Positions 17,934 through 27,600 of a stretch of 64,000 nucleotides of DNA are shown piece by piece. A program made the translations under genes and the position numbers. This DNA is from a phage: sequence record PZ229304.1; one strand, given 5' to 3'. The notes beneath the pieces were generated by a model, which worked only from the letters and a program-made list of their open reading frames with translations, did not search any database and was not told the DNA's origin. Positions within the stretch are counted from its first letter, which is position 1. Every line of letters starts with the position of its first letter.

Positions 17934-18266
17934 TTAAAAAAATGGTTGACGTTCCTCACCTGGTAGCGTAATATTCATCTTGTCGAGGGGGGCAAGGCAC
18001 AACGACAATAAACAATAGGCGGGTGCAATGCATGACGGGCAAAGGTGAGGATCTCCACAATCCACCGTCACAATAACATTACTTATAAAAGGTTGATAAC
18101 GATGATCAAGAAAGAAAATAGCTTGACGGTTGGAACGATTAACGCTATCATTCTCGCCGTTCCATTTTGGATTGTAGTGGCGGTTGTTATTTTCTAAAAA
18201 ATATTCTTGACAACGTTTTTTAATCTGATAAGATGTATCACATAGGGCGGCAATAGTGCCGCTCAT
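17934..18266 (-). CDS. hypothetical Cys-rich protein (uncertain)
   Basis: 110-aa ORF with ATG start, but its 5' end overlaps the promoter/hairpin of the first plus-strand cassette. Confidence 0.2.
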   Translation of the reverse strand: MSGTIAALCDTSYQIKKRCQEYFLENNNRHYNPKWNGENDSVNRSNRQAIFFLDHRYQPFISNVIVTVDCGDPHLCPSCIAPAYCLLSLCLAPLDKMNITLPGEERQPFF

Positions 18267-18286
18267 AACAGAAGAGAGAAATAATC

Positions 18287-18559
18287 ATGGCATCATATAG
18301 CGCATCAATGATCGTAGCTGGCATCACTGGTAAACCTATGCGCGGTGGCGGATCTTTCGCTAACATCAATATTGATGGACGTTTATCCCTGGACGCAGCG
18401 ATCACCGTGGCACGGGAAACGTTTAAAAAAGAATGTAATTTCAATAAACAAGATTATCTCGGTTTCGCTATTGAAAAAACCGCGCGATTTGTGGATTATA
18501 AAAGCCCGAAAATGATCGACACTACACTAAAAGCGCAAGATGTAGCGTTTTTGCTTTAA
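18287..18559 (+). CDS. hypothetical protein (cassette gene)
   Basis: Preceded by TTGACA promoter, CACATAGGGCGGCA..TGCCGCT hairpin and AGAGAG RBS. Confidence 0.5.
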   Translation: MASYSASMIVAGITGKPMRGGGSFANINIDGRLSLDAAITVARETFKKECNFNKQDYLGFAIEKTARFVDYKSPKMIDTTLKAQDVAFLL

Positions 18560-18562
18560 GGC

Positions 18563-18622
18563 TTGACACTGAAAAATACTTTGTTAATATATACCACATA
18601 AGGCGGGGAAATGGTTTCCCGC
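18563..18622 (+). promoter_or_regulatory. sigma70-type promoter (TTGACA-N16-TAATAT) plus 5' leader hairpin GGCGGGGAAATGGTTTCCCGCC
   Basis: Read directly; same architecture recurs through the array. Confidence 0.6.
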
Positions 18623-18645
18623 CAAATCAAAGAAAGGGTAATGCA

Positions 18646-19008
18646 ATGAGCAAGCAAATCAATACTATCATGTTTAATCTGGTATCTTTCCGCGATGACG
18701 TGAAAAACCTTTCGCGTGGTGCAGTGGATGCACGGATCGAAAGCTATCGCACACAGATCGCAACGTTACCGCTGAAACGTGATCAACATGCCGCTAATAT
18801 GATGCTTGATGCTATGATTAAAAAGATGATTCAATGTGATCTTACTCTGGCTTATGAATATGCTGGCGATCTCTTTGTAACGTATAACAAGCCCGTTCCA
18901 GGTATGAGCACCACGGAAGAATTGCATGCCTTAAATCTGCGACAAGATGCATGGGATAACATGCGCCGTGTTATGGTATGGGTAGAAAGCGGCAAAATTT
19001 ACGCGTAA
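18646..19008 (+). CDS. hypothetical protein (cassette gene)
   Basis: 120-aa track ORF downstream of promoter-hairpin unit. Confidence 0.5.
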   Translation: MSKQINTIMFNLVSFRDDVKNLSRGAVDARIESYRTQIATLPLKRDQHAANMMLDAMIKKMIQCDLTLAYEYAGDLFVTYNKPVPGMSTTEELHALNLRQDAWDNMRRVMVWVESGKIYA

Positions 19009-19083
19009 AGATTGACATTACACGAAAACCTGATAAGCTATCTTAAAGCGGGAATAGTTCCCGCTTACATAGGATAAAACTTT

Positions 19084-19230
19084 ATGAAACAATATGTAAT
19101 GAGTATTCATACCAAAAACGGCGCTACTGTTACGACTCCGGCACGGTTTGCACTTGTAAACCGTTGCAAGAGACTAAAACGAGAGCTAAAAAATAACCGT
19201 GCAACCGGTTTTAAACGCTGGGGAGGATAA
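19084..19230 (+). CDS. small basic protein (48 aa)
   Basis: Own translation MKQYVMSIHTKNGATVTTPARFALVNRCKRLKRELKNNRATGFKRWGG; preceded by TTGACA promoter and GCGGGAATAGTTCCCGC hairpin. Confidence 0.3.
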   Translation: MKQYVMSIHTKNGATVTTPARFALVNRCKRLKRELKNNRATGFKRWGG

Positions 19231-19232
19231 TC

Positions 19233-19493
19233 TTGTTTTTTCTAAAAGTTTTTGATAATGTGATCGCTTTTGAACATGCTACGACGTTCGACCTGGCGAG
19301 ATACGCTATCAGGTTTAAAGATAATGTTTATCCCCGTGCTGGCGGCGGTTACACTATTTTTAATCATCGTAACGCTCAATTAACGGATATAACTAATCCA
19401 GGCCCTGGAGTGTATCGCATAGGCTGGCTACCGTCAAAAGACGCGGCAAGCATGTTTAAGGTATGTAAACTACTAACAGAAGAGGCGAACTAA
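19233..19493 (+). CDS. hypothetical protein
   Basis: 86-aa track ORF, TTG start just after GGAGGA. Confidence 0.35.
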   Translation: MFFLKVFDNVIAFEHATTFDLARYAIRFKDNVYPRAGGGYTIFNHRNAQLTDITNPGPGVYRIGWLPSKDAASMFKVCKLLTEEAN

Positions 19494-19494
19494 C

Positions 19495-20049
19495 ATGGGG
19501 CGTGAGTATGTGATCCAGTCCTGGGTAAAGCATGACGCTAATGATCCGCGCATAATACCAGATGACATGATCGATCACATGGTAGGGTATAGCGGGGAGC
19601 AGATAGGAAATCGAGCGGCAAAGAGCAACGGCAACACAAAGGCGCGATCCGTTCGCCCTGGTTGGCTGGCAAATGGTAACGCTGACATTGCAAGCGCCGC
19701 AGATCCAAGCGATGACGCTAAAAATAATCCCTTGTACAGCATTGATCCGGCTTTTAAGGTGTTGGAAGAGTATCCCGCTAAATTAGCCGCACTAGATAAG
19801 GCATACGAAGAAAAGCGCATGGCATGGACTGTATACAACACCGCTAAAATGGTGCTAGATGCAAAATTGATTAAAGCCCAGGAGAAGATCAATAAACTTG
19901 TTACCATAGCGCAAGAGGAAGACCAGGACGACCAGGAGGAAGAGGAAGAAATCATGCCTATCCTGGAAGAGGAAGAGATCCAGCCATACATGCCGACGGA
20001 AGAGGAAAAAAGACAAGCCCTAAAAAATTACGAAAATTGTATTGTGTAA
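19495..20049 (+). CDS. hypothetical protein with acidic C-terminus
   Basis: 184-aa track ORF; the longer antisense frame 19575-19991 is treated as a shadow. Confidence 0.45.
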   Translation: MGREYVIQSWVKHDANDPRIIPDDMIDHMVGYSGEQIGNRAAKSNGNTKARSVRPGWLANGNADIASAADPSDDAKNNPLYSIDPAFKVLEEYPAKLAALDKAYEEKRMAWTVYNTAKMVLDAKLIKAQEKINKLVTIAQEEDQDDQEEEEEIMPILEEEEIQPYMPTEEEKRQALKNYENCIV

Positions 20050-20195
20050 GGCTTGACATATGCAAACAAGCCCCGTAATATGTACCACATAAAGCGGGGC
20101 AACGCCCCATAAGGTGAAATAAAAAATCACTTGACACCTGAAATCAGTAAGCTATAATGCTTATATAGATTGAAACATTACTAAGGAATAAAAGC

Positions 20196-20375
20196 ATGGC
20201 TATTATTGCAAAGACTGAGATCGTAGGTTTAGATTCTATCATCCTGGCATATGAGGAAGCTATAGAAATGTATGTGGTTTCCTATGGTGATTATATCCGT
20301 GAATATAAATCTATTGATCTAGCTTTTGAATGTTATATTCGCCAGGTAAATAAAGCATACGATGATTATCGTTAA
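20196..20375 (+). CDS. small hypothetical protein (59 aa)
   Basis: Own translation; TTGACA-N17-TATAAT promoter at 20131-20160 and AAGGAA RBS. Confidence 0.3.
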   Translation: MAIIAKTEIVGLDSIILAYEEAIEMYVVSYGDYIREYKSIDLAFECYIRQVNKAYDDYR

Positions 20376-20470
20376 AAGTTTTAGTCTTGTGCTATTGACA
20401 ACGAACGATAGTACAAGCATAATAACTTTTATCGGGAATACTCCTAACTAATCAAAAGAGATTAAAGACT

Positions 20471-20836
20471 ATGGCTAAAAATATCAATGTTTCTGCTTAT
20501 GCTACCCTGGCTAACACTGCTAAAATTGAACTATCCAGCATTGAAGCGGTACATATTAGCGCCCGTCGCTGGTTTCAAAAGTCTTATGGTAATACTTATT
20601 TCTCTTTGATGGTTGACGTTGAGATCGGCGGTAAACTGATTGAAGTCGTTAACGTTCCGTTTCAATATGGCTACGGGGATCATTTTGATACCGTTGCCCT
20701 AGAAGAGTTTAGCAAGGTTATCAACCTGGAAGGTAAAGACTTTTCAAATTATGCTTACCTTTCCCGCTTTTGCCGTGATAATGGGATCGCTGTATACAGT
20801 CATGCAAGCGATGTTAAACGTAAAAAAGATTTATAA
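20471..20836 (+). CDS. hypothetical protein (cassette gene)
   Basis: 121-aa track ORF with TTGACA promoter at about 20394. Confidence 0.5.
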   Translation: MAKNINVSAYATLANTAKIELSSIEAVHISARRWFQKSYGNTYFSLMVDVEIGGKLIEVVNVPFQYGYGDHFDTVALEEFSKVINLEGKDFSNYAYLSRFCRDNGIAVYSHASDVKRKKDL

Positions 20837-20924
20837 AAAGCATTGACAGCACGAATAAAAAGCATATAATACTTATATCGAGAGCGGGAATAGTTCCCGC
20901 CTCACTGAAAAAGAGATTAACATC

Positions 20925-21164
20925 ATGGCTAAATCTAAAATGTACAACGGTCACAAAAATAAAACTCATTGGAATGTAAGCCTTTGGATCAACAATGATG
21001 AAGGTTTTTATAATCTTGCACGTGAATTTATTGCAGCTAACACCAATAAGAATGACGCAGCGCGTGATATGATGCTATTTCTTGAAAGTATGGATCAAGA
21101 TAAAACGCCAGACGGTTACAAGTTCAGTAAAACTGCAATCCGCGCCGCGATGGTTGGAATGTAA
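20925..21164 (+). CDS. hypothetical protein (cassette gene)
   Basis: 79-aa track ORF; TTGACA-N16-TATAAT and GCGGGAATAGTTCCCGCC hairpin upstream. Confidence 0.5.
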   Translation: MAKSKMYNGHKNKTHWNVSLWINNDEGFYNLAREFIAANTNKNDAARDMMLFLESMDQDKTPDGYKFSKTAIRAAMVGM

Positions 21165-21259
21165 AGGAGACATAAAAATGAAACATCGTTCGACCTATCT
21201 CACAAAACGTTTTAGCTTAGATCATAAATTGGGCTATTACGGAAGAAATAGAAAATAAT

Positions 21260-21319
21260 TTGACAACGTTTTAAATTAGTGTAATATATATCACATAGGG
21301 CGGGAAATGGTTTCCCGCC
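21260..21319 (+). promoter_or_regulatory. sigma70-type promoter (TTGACA-N17-TAATAT) plus 5' leader hairpin GGCGGGAAATGGTTTCCCGCC
   Basis: Read directly. Confidence 0.6.
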
Positions 21320-21341
21320 AAATCAAAGAAAGGTTATCATT

Positions 21342-21569
21342 ATGGCTATCGTTATTGTTCGCGTATCCGGTACGGTTGGAATCTCTCAGGTAGTAGCAGT
21401 TATCACAGAGAAGAAAGGAGATGATCTTCACTCCTCCTTGAATAGCTGGGCGGTCGCTAATTTTGGGCAATGGTCGAGCGTTGAGTACATCGAATCCTAC
21501 CAGGTGCCAACGATTAGCCTGACCGATCTGAATGTTGATCGCTTGTTGTGCCTGGATCAATTAAATTAA
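21342..21569 (+). CDS. hypothetical protein (cassette gene)
   Basis: 75-aa track ORF. Confidence 0.45.
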   Translation: MAIVIVRVSGTVGISQVVAVITEKKGDDLHSSLNSWAVANFGQWSSVEYIESYQVPTISLTDLNVDRLLCLDQLN

Positions 21570-21655
21570 AAATAATATTGACAAGATAACTAAAATCAGT
21601 AAAATGTAATGCATAGGGCGGCACTATTGCCGCCCTAGTGAGAGAGATTATCAAA

Positions 21656-21871
21656 ATGGCTAATATCCGCACACTGTTAAAAAATGCAAGTCAAGTTTTA
21701 TTTTCAGATGACGAATATTTTAATAAAGATATTACAGGCGTGAAAAATTTAAAAGACGTGAAGGATGTTATCGGTATCCGTGGATCTTTACGTAAAGGTG
21801 ACATATACGGTAACAAGGTGCAGTATAAACTGTCAAAAGATTATGATTTTACTTTGACAATTATTTCATAA
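21656..21871 (+). CDS. hypothetical protein (cassette gene)
   Basis: Trimmed to ATG at 21656 (MANIRTLLKN) because the track start lies inside the leader hairpin. Confidence 0.45.
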   Translation: MANIRTLLKNASQVLFSDDEYFNKDITGVKNLKDVKDVIGIRGSLRKGDIYGNKVQYKLSKDYDFTLTIIS

Positions 21872-21962
21872 AACTACTTGCAAACCTGGTAAAATAAAGT
21901 AAACTATATTCATTAAGGCGGTGGAATAGCCAACCGCCTAACAAAGAGAAGAGGAAAACATC

Positions 21963-22133
21963 ATGATCACTTTCGCTACCCGTGAAGCCGCTCGCAACGT
22001 TGCACGTAAAGTTAACGCCGCCAACCTGGGCGCTACGCTTAAAGCCCCGGTAAAAGATGAATCAGGAAAATGGATCTTCCCTGGTCTGCGTCACGCTGAT
22101 AAGCTGGGAACATTAACGTTAAAAAATAAATAA
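21963..22133 (+). CDS. small hypothetical protein (56 aa)
   Basis: Own translation MITFATREAARNVARKVNAANLG..; promoter, hairpin and AGAGAAGAGGA RBS upstream. Confidence 0.4.
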   Translation: MITFATREAARNVARKVNAANLGATLKAPVKDESGKWIFPGLRHADKLGTLTLKNK

Positions 22134-22140
22134 TATTCGC

Positions 22141-22199
22141 TTGACAGTAGCATCATTTATAAGTAAAGTAACAACAACGGCGGGAAATGGTTTCCCGCC
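22141..22199 (+). promoter_or_regulatory. sigma70-type promoter (TTGACA-N17-TAAAGT) plus leader hairpin GGCGGGAAATGGTTTCCCGCC
   Basis: Read directly. Confidence 0.6.
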
Positions 22200-22219
22200 A
22201 TCAATAAAGAGATAAGATT

Positions 22220-22579
22220 ATGAAATCAGCAAAAGCAATTAAAACTTACATTTTGTCGGCTATTTCTTTTGATGGTACTACAACCGAAAAAGAAAAAATC
22301 ACCGAACTGATGCGCCGTTTTAATTCTGAATACTGGTATCCCGATAATCAAAAACGTTACAATTATAACGTGATCAAGGCGATAGCCTCATGGTTACAAG
22401 GTTTACCGTCAGAAATCAATATTGCTTTTGATTATAACGAGATCGATCACTTGTTAATTGAATGGAAGTACATAAAAGAAACAAGCAAAGAAACAACCGT
22501 TACCCGTGAGCGGGAAAATTATTGGTTATATATTGCAAGCATGATCGTAATCCTGGCAAAACAGCATAACGTGGCGTAA
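22220..22579 (+). CDS. hypothetical protein (cassette gene)
   Basis: 119-aa track ORF. Confidence 0.5.
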   Translation: MKSAKAIKTYILSAISFDGTTTEKEKITELMRRFNSEYWYPDNQKRYNYNVIKAIASWLQGLPSEINIAFDYNEIDHLLIEWKYIKETSKETTVTRERENYWLYIASMIVILAKQHNVA

Positions 22580-22594
22580 TTAAGAGGAAGAAAC

Positions 22595-22732
22595 ATGAAC
22601 GCATCACAGCAGATCGAAAAATTCAACCGCAGCAAGGCGCGTAAAGATTGGAACGAAGAGATCACCAAAAAAGGTGACAAGCGGAACAAAACAAAGAGAG
22701 ATCGCAGCACAAAAAGATACTGGAACGAATAA
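22595..22732 (+). CDS. small basic protein (45 aa)
   Basis: Own translation; AAGAGGAAG RBS; terminator immediately after. Confidence 0.3.
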   Translation: MNASQQIEKFNRSKARKDWNEEITKKGDKRNKTKRDRSTKRYWNE

Positions 22733-22735
22733 CAA

Positions 22736-22762
22736 AAAAGGGCGCAATAAGCGCCCTTTTAG
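22736..22762 (+). terminator. intrinsic terminator
   Basis: AGGGCGCAATAAGCGCCCT hairpin plus T-run. Confidence 0.6.
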
Positions 22763-22850
22763 CTTATATAGAGGCTTGTTACCCATAGGCAATGGTAACG
22801 CCAGGGCAAGCCTATAAATCAACGTTAGACGGCTTTACAGGAGCTTTAAA

Positions 22851-23033
22851 ATGAGATTAGAAGAAATAAGCAAGGCACTAGCCCAGGGGCAAAGGTTAAA
22901 CGCCCGTTATCGTGATCAATATGGTTTCATAACTAGCGGCGTGATCCTGGGGATTGAAGACAATAAGATTTTTATTGACACGTTGAAAAACGTTGTATAT
23001 AGTGACAATATAATCTCAATAAAACATATATGA
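22851..23033 (+). CDS. hypothetical protein
   Basis: 60-aa track ORF. Confidence 0.35.
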   Translation: MRLEEISKALAQGQRLNARYRDQYGFITSGVILGIEDNKIFIDTLKNVVYSDNIISIKHI

Positions 23034-23041
23034 GGCAAGAA

Positions 23042-23443
23042 ATGAAAAAATTATTGATCGCTGGTTTACTCTCTTTTGGCATGGTTGGAACATCTAGCGC
23101 GGCGATATCCTCCACAGTAGCAGAATTAAGCGCCGTTGATGCAATGGAAAACGTCATGCTTATTAACAATGCGATCCCCGATGAAATCATGGAGGATTCA
23201 CACATGATCGCTTATGGTGCTGTTACACAACTAACGGCAAAAATAGATAAATCTATTGTTAATGGCTTAAATGAAGATGTACCATGTGAAATTATTACAA
23301 GTGTGCTGACTACTCAAAATTTTACGCCGTGGTTAAAAAGTATTCAAAAAGTACACAGTACAGCCGCAGATCGTAGCAATGAAAAACTAGTGTCAGCACT
23401 TGCAACGTATACCCTGGCAAAATGCACCGAGATAAAAGATTGA
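23042..23443 (+). CDS. secreted protein with signal peptide
   Basis: Trimmed to ATG 23042; MKKLLIAGLLSFGMVGTSSAA is a typical Sec signal. Confidence 0.5.
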   Translation: MKKLLIAGLLSFGMVGTSSAAISSTVAELSAVDAMENVMLINNAIPDEIMEDSHMIAYGAVTQLTAKIDKSIVNGLNEDVPCEIITSVLTTQNFTPWLKSIQKVHSTAADRSNEKLVSALATYTLAKCTEIKD

Positions 23444-23490
23444 CAACATAGAAAGCACGTTATAAGATACACACAACAAAGGAGAACTAC

Positions 23491-23787
23491 ATGAACGGCA
23501 TAGCTAAAACGTTTTTTCTTTTTTCTGGTGTAAATGATCCATCAATAAAAGTCGATAGTGTAAAAGAAAACAATACTATCACAGCTAAATTGTATCAAGA
23601 TGAAACAAATAACGTGCTAATCATTAATCTTAAAGAAATAACAAAAGGTTATTATGCTATTGCTTACCATGCGATTTATCATGCTGGTACTAGTGAGGAA
23701 GTGCAAACAAGCAACAACGAAAGCGCGGCGCTACCTGGTGATCTGGTGCTGGGCGTTATCAGTTTAATTGTCAATGATTTTTTTTAA
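23491..23787 (+). CDS. hypothetical protein
   Basis: 98-aa track ORF with TTGACA promoter at about 23443. Confidence 0.45.
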   Translation: MNGIAKTFFLFSGVNDPSIKVDSVKENNTITAKLYQDETNNVLIINLKEITKGYYAIAYHAIYHAGTSEEVQTSNNESAALPGDLVLGVISLIVNDFF

Positions 23788-24123
23788 GGAGTAAAACCAT
23801 GCCCTATTTACATTTATTTTTCGGTATCTTATTGACGGGATCTTTTTTCTTCTGTATGCTTGTTTCTATTGTAAACCACGTTTTAAGACATTAAGGAAAC
23901 AGCATGAAAATTATTCCCGTACAATATAGCGTAATAAATCCAGCATACGAGGAAGGAAGGAAAACAAGCATGGCTTTATGTTGTATTACTACTATAGCCA
24001 TGTTGTTATACATTGTGTTTTAATAGGTTTTATAGTTGTACGCTTTAAAGGCTTGACAATTTTTTGTTATGCTTTAAACTATATCTTGAAAACGGCAAAG
24101 GCCGCAAACAAAAGGGTAAAATT

Positions 24124-24447
24124 ATGAAATCTGTGATCGGTGTTTATTTGGATAACTCTGATTTTTTCTATCATCGCGCTCGTTTCCTTGATGCGATTGA
24201 AATGATAGAATCAGGCTTTAAAGAGTATCGCCTTGCACATGATGACCTGGAAGCATTACAGGGCAATAGTGTTTTTACATTGCAAGCGAAAGCACTATGT
24301 AAAAGCCGGATCGACATTGCGAGCAAAAAGATAGAACGCGGCATGTCCTGGTTGCGCACCGCAGAAATCAACATGGGGCAATGGCACGGCGAAAACTTAG
24401 AAAATAAACATACTTTTGTCAATGTAGAAAATATTGAAGATTATTGA
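24124..24447 (+). CDS. hypothetical protein
   Basis: Trimmed to ATG 24124 (MKSVIGVYLD). Confidence 0.45.
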   Translation: MKSVIGVYLDNSDFFYHRARFLDAIEMIESGFKEYRLAHDDLEALQGNSVFTLQAKALCKSRIDIASKKIERGMSWLRTAEINMGQWHGENLENKHTFVNVENIEDY

Positions 24448-24510
24448 TTGACAGCACACCTGATAAGTAGTATATTGTATCTCATAGAGCGGGGAAATGG
24501 TTTCCCCGCC
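24448..24510 (+). promoter_or_regulatory. sigma70-type promoter (TTGACA-N17-TATATT) plus leader hairpin GCGGGGAAATGGTTTCCCCGC
   Basis: Hairpin carries a compensatory G:C pair relative to the common GGCGGGAAA/TTTCCCGCC form. Confidence 0.6.
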
Positions 24511-24529
24511 TTAAAAGAAGAGATAAGCT

Positions 24530-24814
24530 ATGAAGATCACAAAAGCACTTTCCAACTATGCAGCACGTCGCGGCTTATGTTTAACCGTTGAAAACCTGGG
24601 GAAAGAAGATTTTTTGTGCTTTTGGGAGCTTGAGAATGATAATGAGTGGATCTTCTCTTATTCTATCTGCGAAGATCAAAACGGTTGTTTATTAACCTGG
24701 CGCGGTAATATCTATCTACCGGAAGAAATCAAAGAAGAATTGCCAGGCACGATCATGACTGAGAAACAGCTTAAGGAAGTGATCAATTTTGTAGGGCAAA
24801 ACATTAAAAAATAA
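24530..24814 (+). CDS. hypothetical protein (cassette gene)
   Basis: 94-aa track ORF. Confidence 0.5.
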   Translation: MKITKALSNYAARRGLCLTVENLGKEDFLCFWELENDNEWIFSYSICEDQNGCLLTWRGNIYLPEEIKEELPGTIMTEKQLKEVINFVGQNIKK

Positions 24815-24815
24815 T

Positions 24816-24875
24816 TTGACACCAGGCAAACAACGTAGTAAAGTTTATCACATAGGGCGGGAAATGGTTTCCCGC
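24816..24875 (+). promoter_or_regulatory. sigma70-type promoter (TTGACA-N17-TAAAGT) plus leader hairpin
   Basis: Read directly. Confidence 0.55.
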
Positions 24876-24897
24876 TCACAACAAAAGAGAACAAATC

Positions 24898-25068
24898 ATG
24901 ATCCCGACTATGTTTTACGTATCGCGCAAAGGTCACAATATTTTTTGGTCTGAAGATTTAAATGAAGCCATGACGTTTGCCCGTGATCGTGTTGCTATCG
25001 GTGGCGTTAACATTACTGTAACCGATGAAAACGGCATTGAATACTATAACGGCGACGATGAAGAGTAA
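24898..25068 (+). CDS. small hypothetical protein (56 aa)
   Basis: Own translation MIPTMFYVSRKGHNIFWSEDLNEAMTFARDRV.. Confidence 0.35.
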   Translation: MIPTMFYVSRKGHNIFWSEDLNEAMTFARDRVAIGGVNITVTDENGIEYYNGDDEE

Positions 25069-25115
25069 TTAATGAGGCGGGGGAGTATTCCCCGCCGTCA
25101 ATAAAGAGGTAAATC

Positions 25116-25385
25116 ATGAAAATATCATTTGACGTTGCAATCAAGGCCATCGAATCCGGTTACACCCTGGTAAAAGATGATAAGGCTAAAATAGTGCATC
25201 ATGTTAACAAGGAAACAGGCGAAAGCATGATCACATATAAAGCCGCCTACTTTCTCCAATCAGTAGCAGATCCGCGCGTACAGCGCCAGGTCACGGCGGC
25301 TATTGCTAAAAAATTATGTGCTTTACAGGGCACAAGTTTTAACGAGATCCCGCCGTGTTTTGACTGGTCGAGCTTGAAAAAATAG
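25116..25385 (+). CDS. hypothetical protein (cassette gene)
   Basis: 89-aa track ORF; hairpin variant GGCGGGGGAGTATTCCCCGCC upstream. Confidence 0.5.
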   Translation: MKISFDVAIKAIESGYTLVKDDKAKIVHHVNKETGESMITYKAAYFLQSVADPRVQRQVTAAIAKKLCALQGTSFNEIPPCFDWSSLKK

Positions 25386-25581
25386 TTTGACAATATGCGG
25401 TTATCTGGTAAAGTGTACCACGTAGGGCGGGGCAATAAGGCAACGCCCACTAATGAGGGTAAAATCATGTTAGAGAAAATTTTCACGGTTGTAGTAGTGG
25501 GCCTGGCGTTATCGGTTGGATTGGTTGCAACTATGGCTAACATGATCCTATCTTCCCACGGTATTGGATAAGGTGAATCAA

Positions 25582-25815
25582 ATGATCACGAATAAGACAG
25601 GTAAAACAGAATTTTTACGCGGCTTGCAAATAGGTAAACCTGAAATCTGGCATTGCACTAAAACACCACGTGACGAAATGAAAGATTTCACCGCTACTTT
25701 ACAACGTGTTAAAATATCTATCACACAGAAAAAAGCCTTGTTAGTAGTAGAAAACGAGATCCCGCAAACCAGATCGGGAATGATTTACATTTTACCCGTA
25801 ACGGTCACGGCGTAG
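25582..25815 (+). CDS. hypothetical protein
   Basis: Trimmed to ATG 25582; a 34-aa membrane peptide ORF lies just upstream (25468-25572). Confidence 0.4.
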   Translation: MITNKTGKTEFLRGLQIGKPEIWHCTKTPRDEMKDFTATLQRVKISITQKKALLVVENEIPQTRSGMIYILPVTVTA

Positions 25816-25943
25816 GCTTTTGGGATCGCCCTGAAATATACACTACTAACACCGCCAACCGCCTAACAAATGCGGCTAAATTAATGCCATCGGTGCATGC
25901 TTACATTGGTGAAGATAATTTGATTTATATTGAATAAAAAGTA

Positions 25944-26003
25944 TTGACACCGATCCCCCAATATGTTACTATTTACCACGTAGGCGGGAAATGGTTTCCC
26001 GCC
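25944..26003 (+). promoter_or_regulatory. sigma70-type promoter (TTGACA-N17-TACTAT) plus leader hairpin GGCGGGAAATGGTTTCCCGCC
   Basis: Read directly. Confidence 0.6.
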
Positions 26004-26026
26004 AGGTAATCAAAAAGGTAAATACT

Positions 26027-26416
26027 ATGCGCAACCTGGTTTCTGTTTCTAACGTTGAAAAATTCCAATCTTTACAGGGTATCGTTAACAACGTAGCGCC
26101 TTTTTTAGTCAATGGCTTGATTGCAAAGATGAAGAATAAACATCATGCCGCATGGTCTGCTTACTGCTTTGACAATGATGAAAAAGCGGCTGAAATGATG
26201 TTAAATATGCTGTTAGACAGTGTAGAATCATCTTTACCGGAAAACATCGCAGAAGAGATCACCTATCGTTATAATATGGCGATCACTTACCAGGAGGTTG
26301 CGCAATTTAATATGATGGACGATGACGAACAACAGGATCAGGAAATATTCTGGGAGTATGCGGATCGTCAATCGGCTTTTGATGAAAAGTTAGCGATGTA
26401 TTATAACGAATATTAA
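26027..26416 (+). CDS. hypothetical acidic protein
   Basis: Trimmed to ATG 26027 because the track start lies in the hairpin. Confidence 0.5.
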   Translation: MRNLVSVSNVEKFQSLQGIVNNVAPFLVNGLIAKMKNKHHAAWSAYCFDNDEKAAEMMLNMLLDSVESSLPENIAEEITYRYNMAITYQEVAQFNMMDDDEQQDQEIFWEYADRQSAFDEKLAMYYNEY

Positions 26417-26430
26417 TACACGGTAAAAGA

Positions 26431-26457
26431 AAGGGGCGCACTAAGCGCCCTTTTTTG
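26431..26457 (+). terminator. intrinsic terminator
   Basis: GGGGCGCACTAAGCGCCC hairpin plus TTTTTT. Confidence 0.65.
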
Positions 26458-26878
26458 TATTCTTTTTTCACAATGGAAGCGACACGTAAAGAATAGGCGT
26501 AAAGGTGGCGTAAAACCATCTAAAACCGACTGTAACCGCTTAAACAAGGTAGGAATGATTAATCACCTTACCAGGATGAAAAAGCTGTTATAAAGCTATA
26601 TAGGGCGTTTAAAGCACATAGGAAATAATTTGCTTTTTATCTTGCCTTTTATTCTGCTTTTGATTATTATTATGGAACGGGCGGCACCTGGGAACAGGGG
26701 AAGATAATCACCGGACGACCCCGCTATATATTGATAGCTAACATCTATCAAACAACAAAACATCAAAGGAATAAACTATCAAATCTTTACAATCTCATCT
26801 ATTGACCGGTAAATCATAGCAGTTTAATATTGTTTTTAGAGGGTAGAACATACCCAAAACGAAAACAGGAAAAAGAAA

Positions 26879-27115
26879 ATGAAAGAAGTCATGATCCTCA
26901 AAAAATCACCTATTTTACGTGGTGGCTTTATCGCTTACTCTGATGATCTGTTAATTGCAACGGTTGCAAAAATACTAAAATCAGAAGAGGATAGTAAAAA
27001 CGGCGTTTATCGTATCTGTTTCACCCGTGGGAAATTGCAAGGCAAGATCGCCTATGCTTTTGATTTACAAGATGTAAATGATAAAATCTGCGCTGTTATT
27101 GATTATGCAAAATAA
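26879..27115 (+). CDS. hypothetical protein
   Basis: 78-aa track ORF; TTGACC..TAATAT promoter about 26790. Confidence 0.45.
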   Translation: MKEVMILKKSPILRGGFIAYSDDLLIATVAKILKSEEDSKNGVYRICFTRGKLQGKIAYAFDLQDVNDKICAVIDYAK

Positions 27116-27202
27116 TTAACTTTCTTATTGACACCGGATCACGCTTACATTATTATTTATCACGTAGGGCAAATCATTTTAAACGGTAAACGAGGAATCA
27201 CC

Positions 27203-27586
27203 ATGAGCAATATCATCAACCTGGCGGCTACTGTAAACGGTAAAGATTTTAACGGCGCTGTAGATCGTGATCCTATGTGGTGCTTATCCGTGTTTAAAGG
27301 CGATCTGGTTGAAGTTAGAACAACCGAAGGTTATAGCGACGATTATAAATGCGAGATCCATTTACACAACTGGTACACGGGTAAAACTTATGCGCTGAAT
27401 CATGCGTTTATCGGCAAGGTTGAATATAGAGAAATGATCGACGAAGAAACGGGGCAAGATTTTAGCGATTATGTTTATATCCGTTCCGAGACATTAGCAG
27501 AACGTTTGATCGAGAAAATGAAAGCAAAAAATAAAATTAATTTAGCTCATTGGATTGATATAACAAACGATCCAGCTTATAAGTAA
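27203..27586 (+). CDS. hypothetical protein
   Basis: Trimmed to ATG 27203 (AGGAA RBS); TTGACA promoter at about 27131. Confidence 0.5.
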   Translation: MSNIINLAATVNGKDFNGAVDRDPMWCLSVFKGDLVEVRTTEGYSDDYKCEIHLHNWYTGKTYALNHAFIGKVEYREMIDEETGQDFSDYVYIRSETLAERLIEKMKAKNKINLAHWIDITNDPAYK

Positions 27587-27600
27587 ATGACACTTCACAC

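Noticed and set aside
16755-18200. tRNA genes in the non-coding hubs (also 26460-26880 and 27630-29430)
   Set aside because: Looked for T-loop GTTCGAATC-like motifs and cloverleaf-compatible GC stems and found none convincing by eye. This is not a definitive exclusion; tRNAscan-SE or Aragorn on these intervals would settle it.
18287-27586. Apparent enrichment of GATC sites in the GC-rich cassette array
   Set aside because: Noticed by eye but not counted against a composition-matched expectation; may simply reflect higher GC. Needs a k-mer over-representation test before being treated as a signal.
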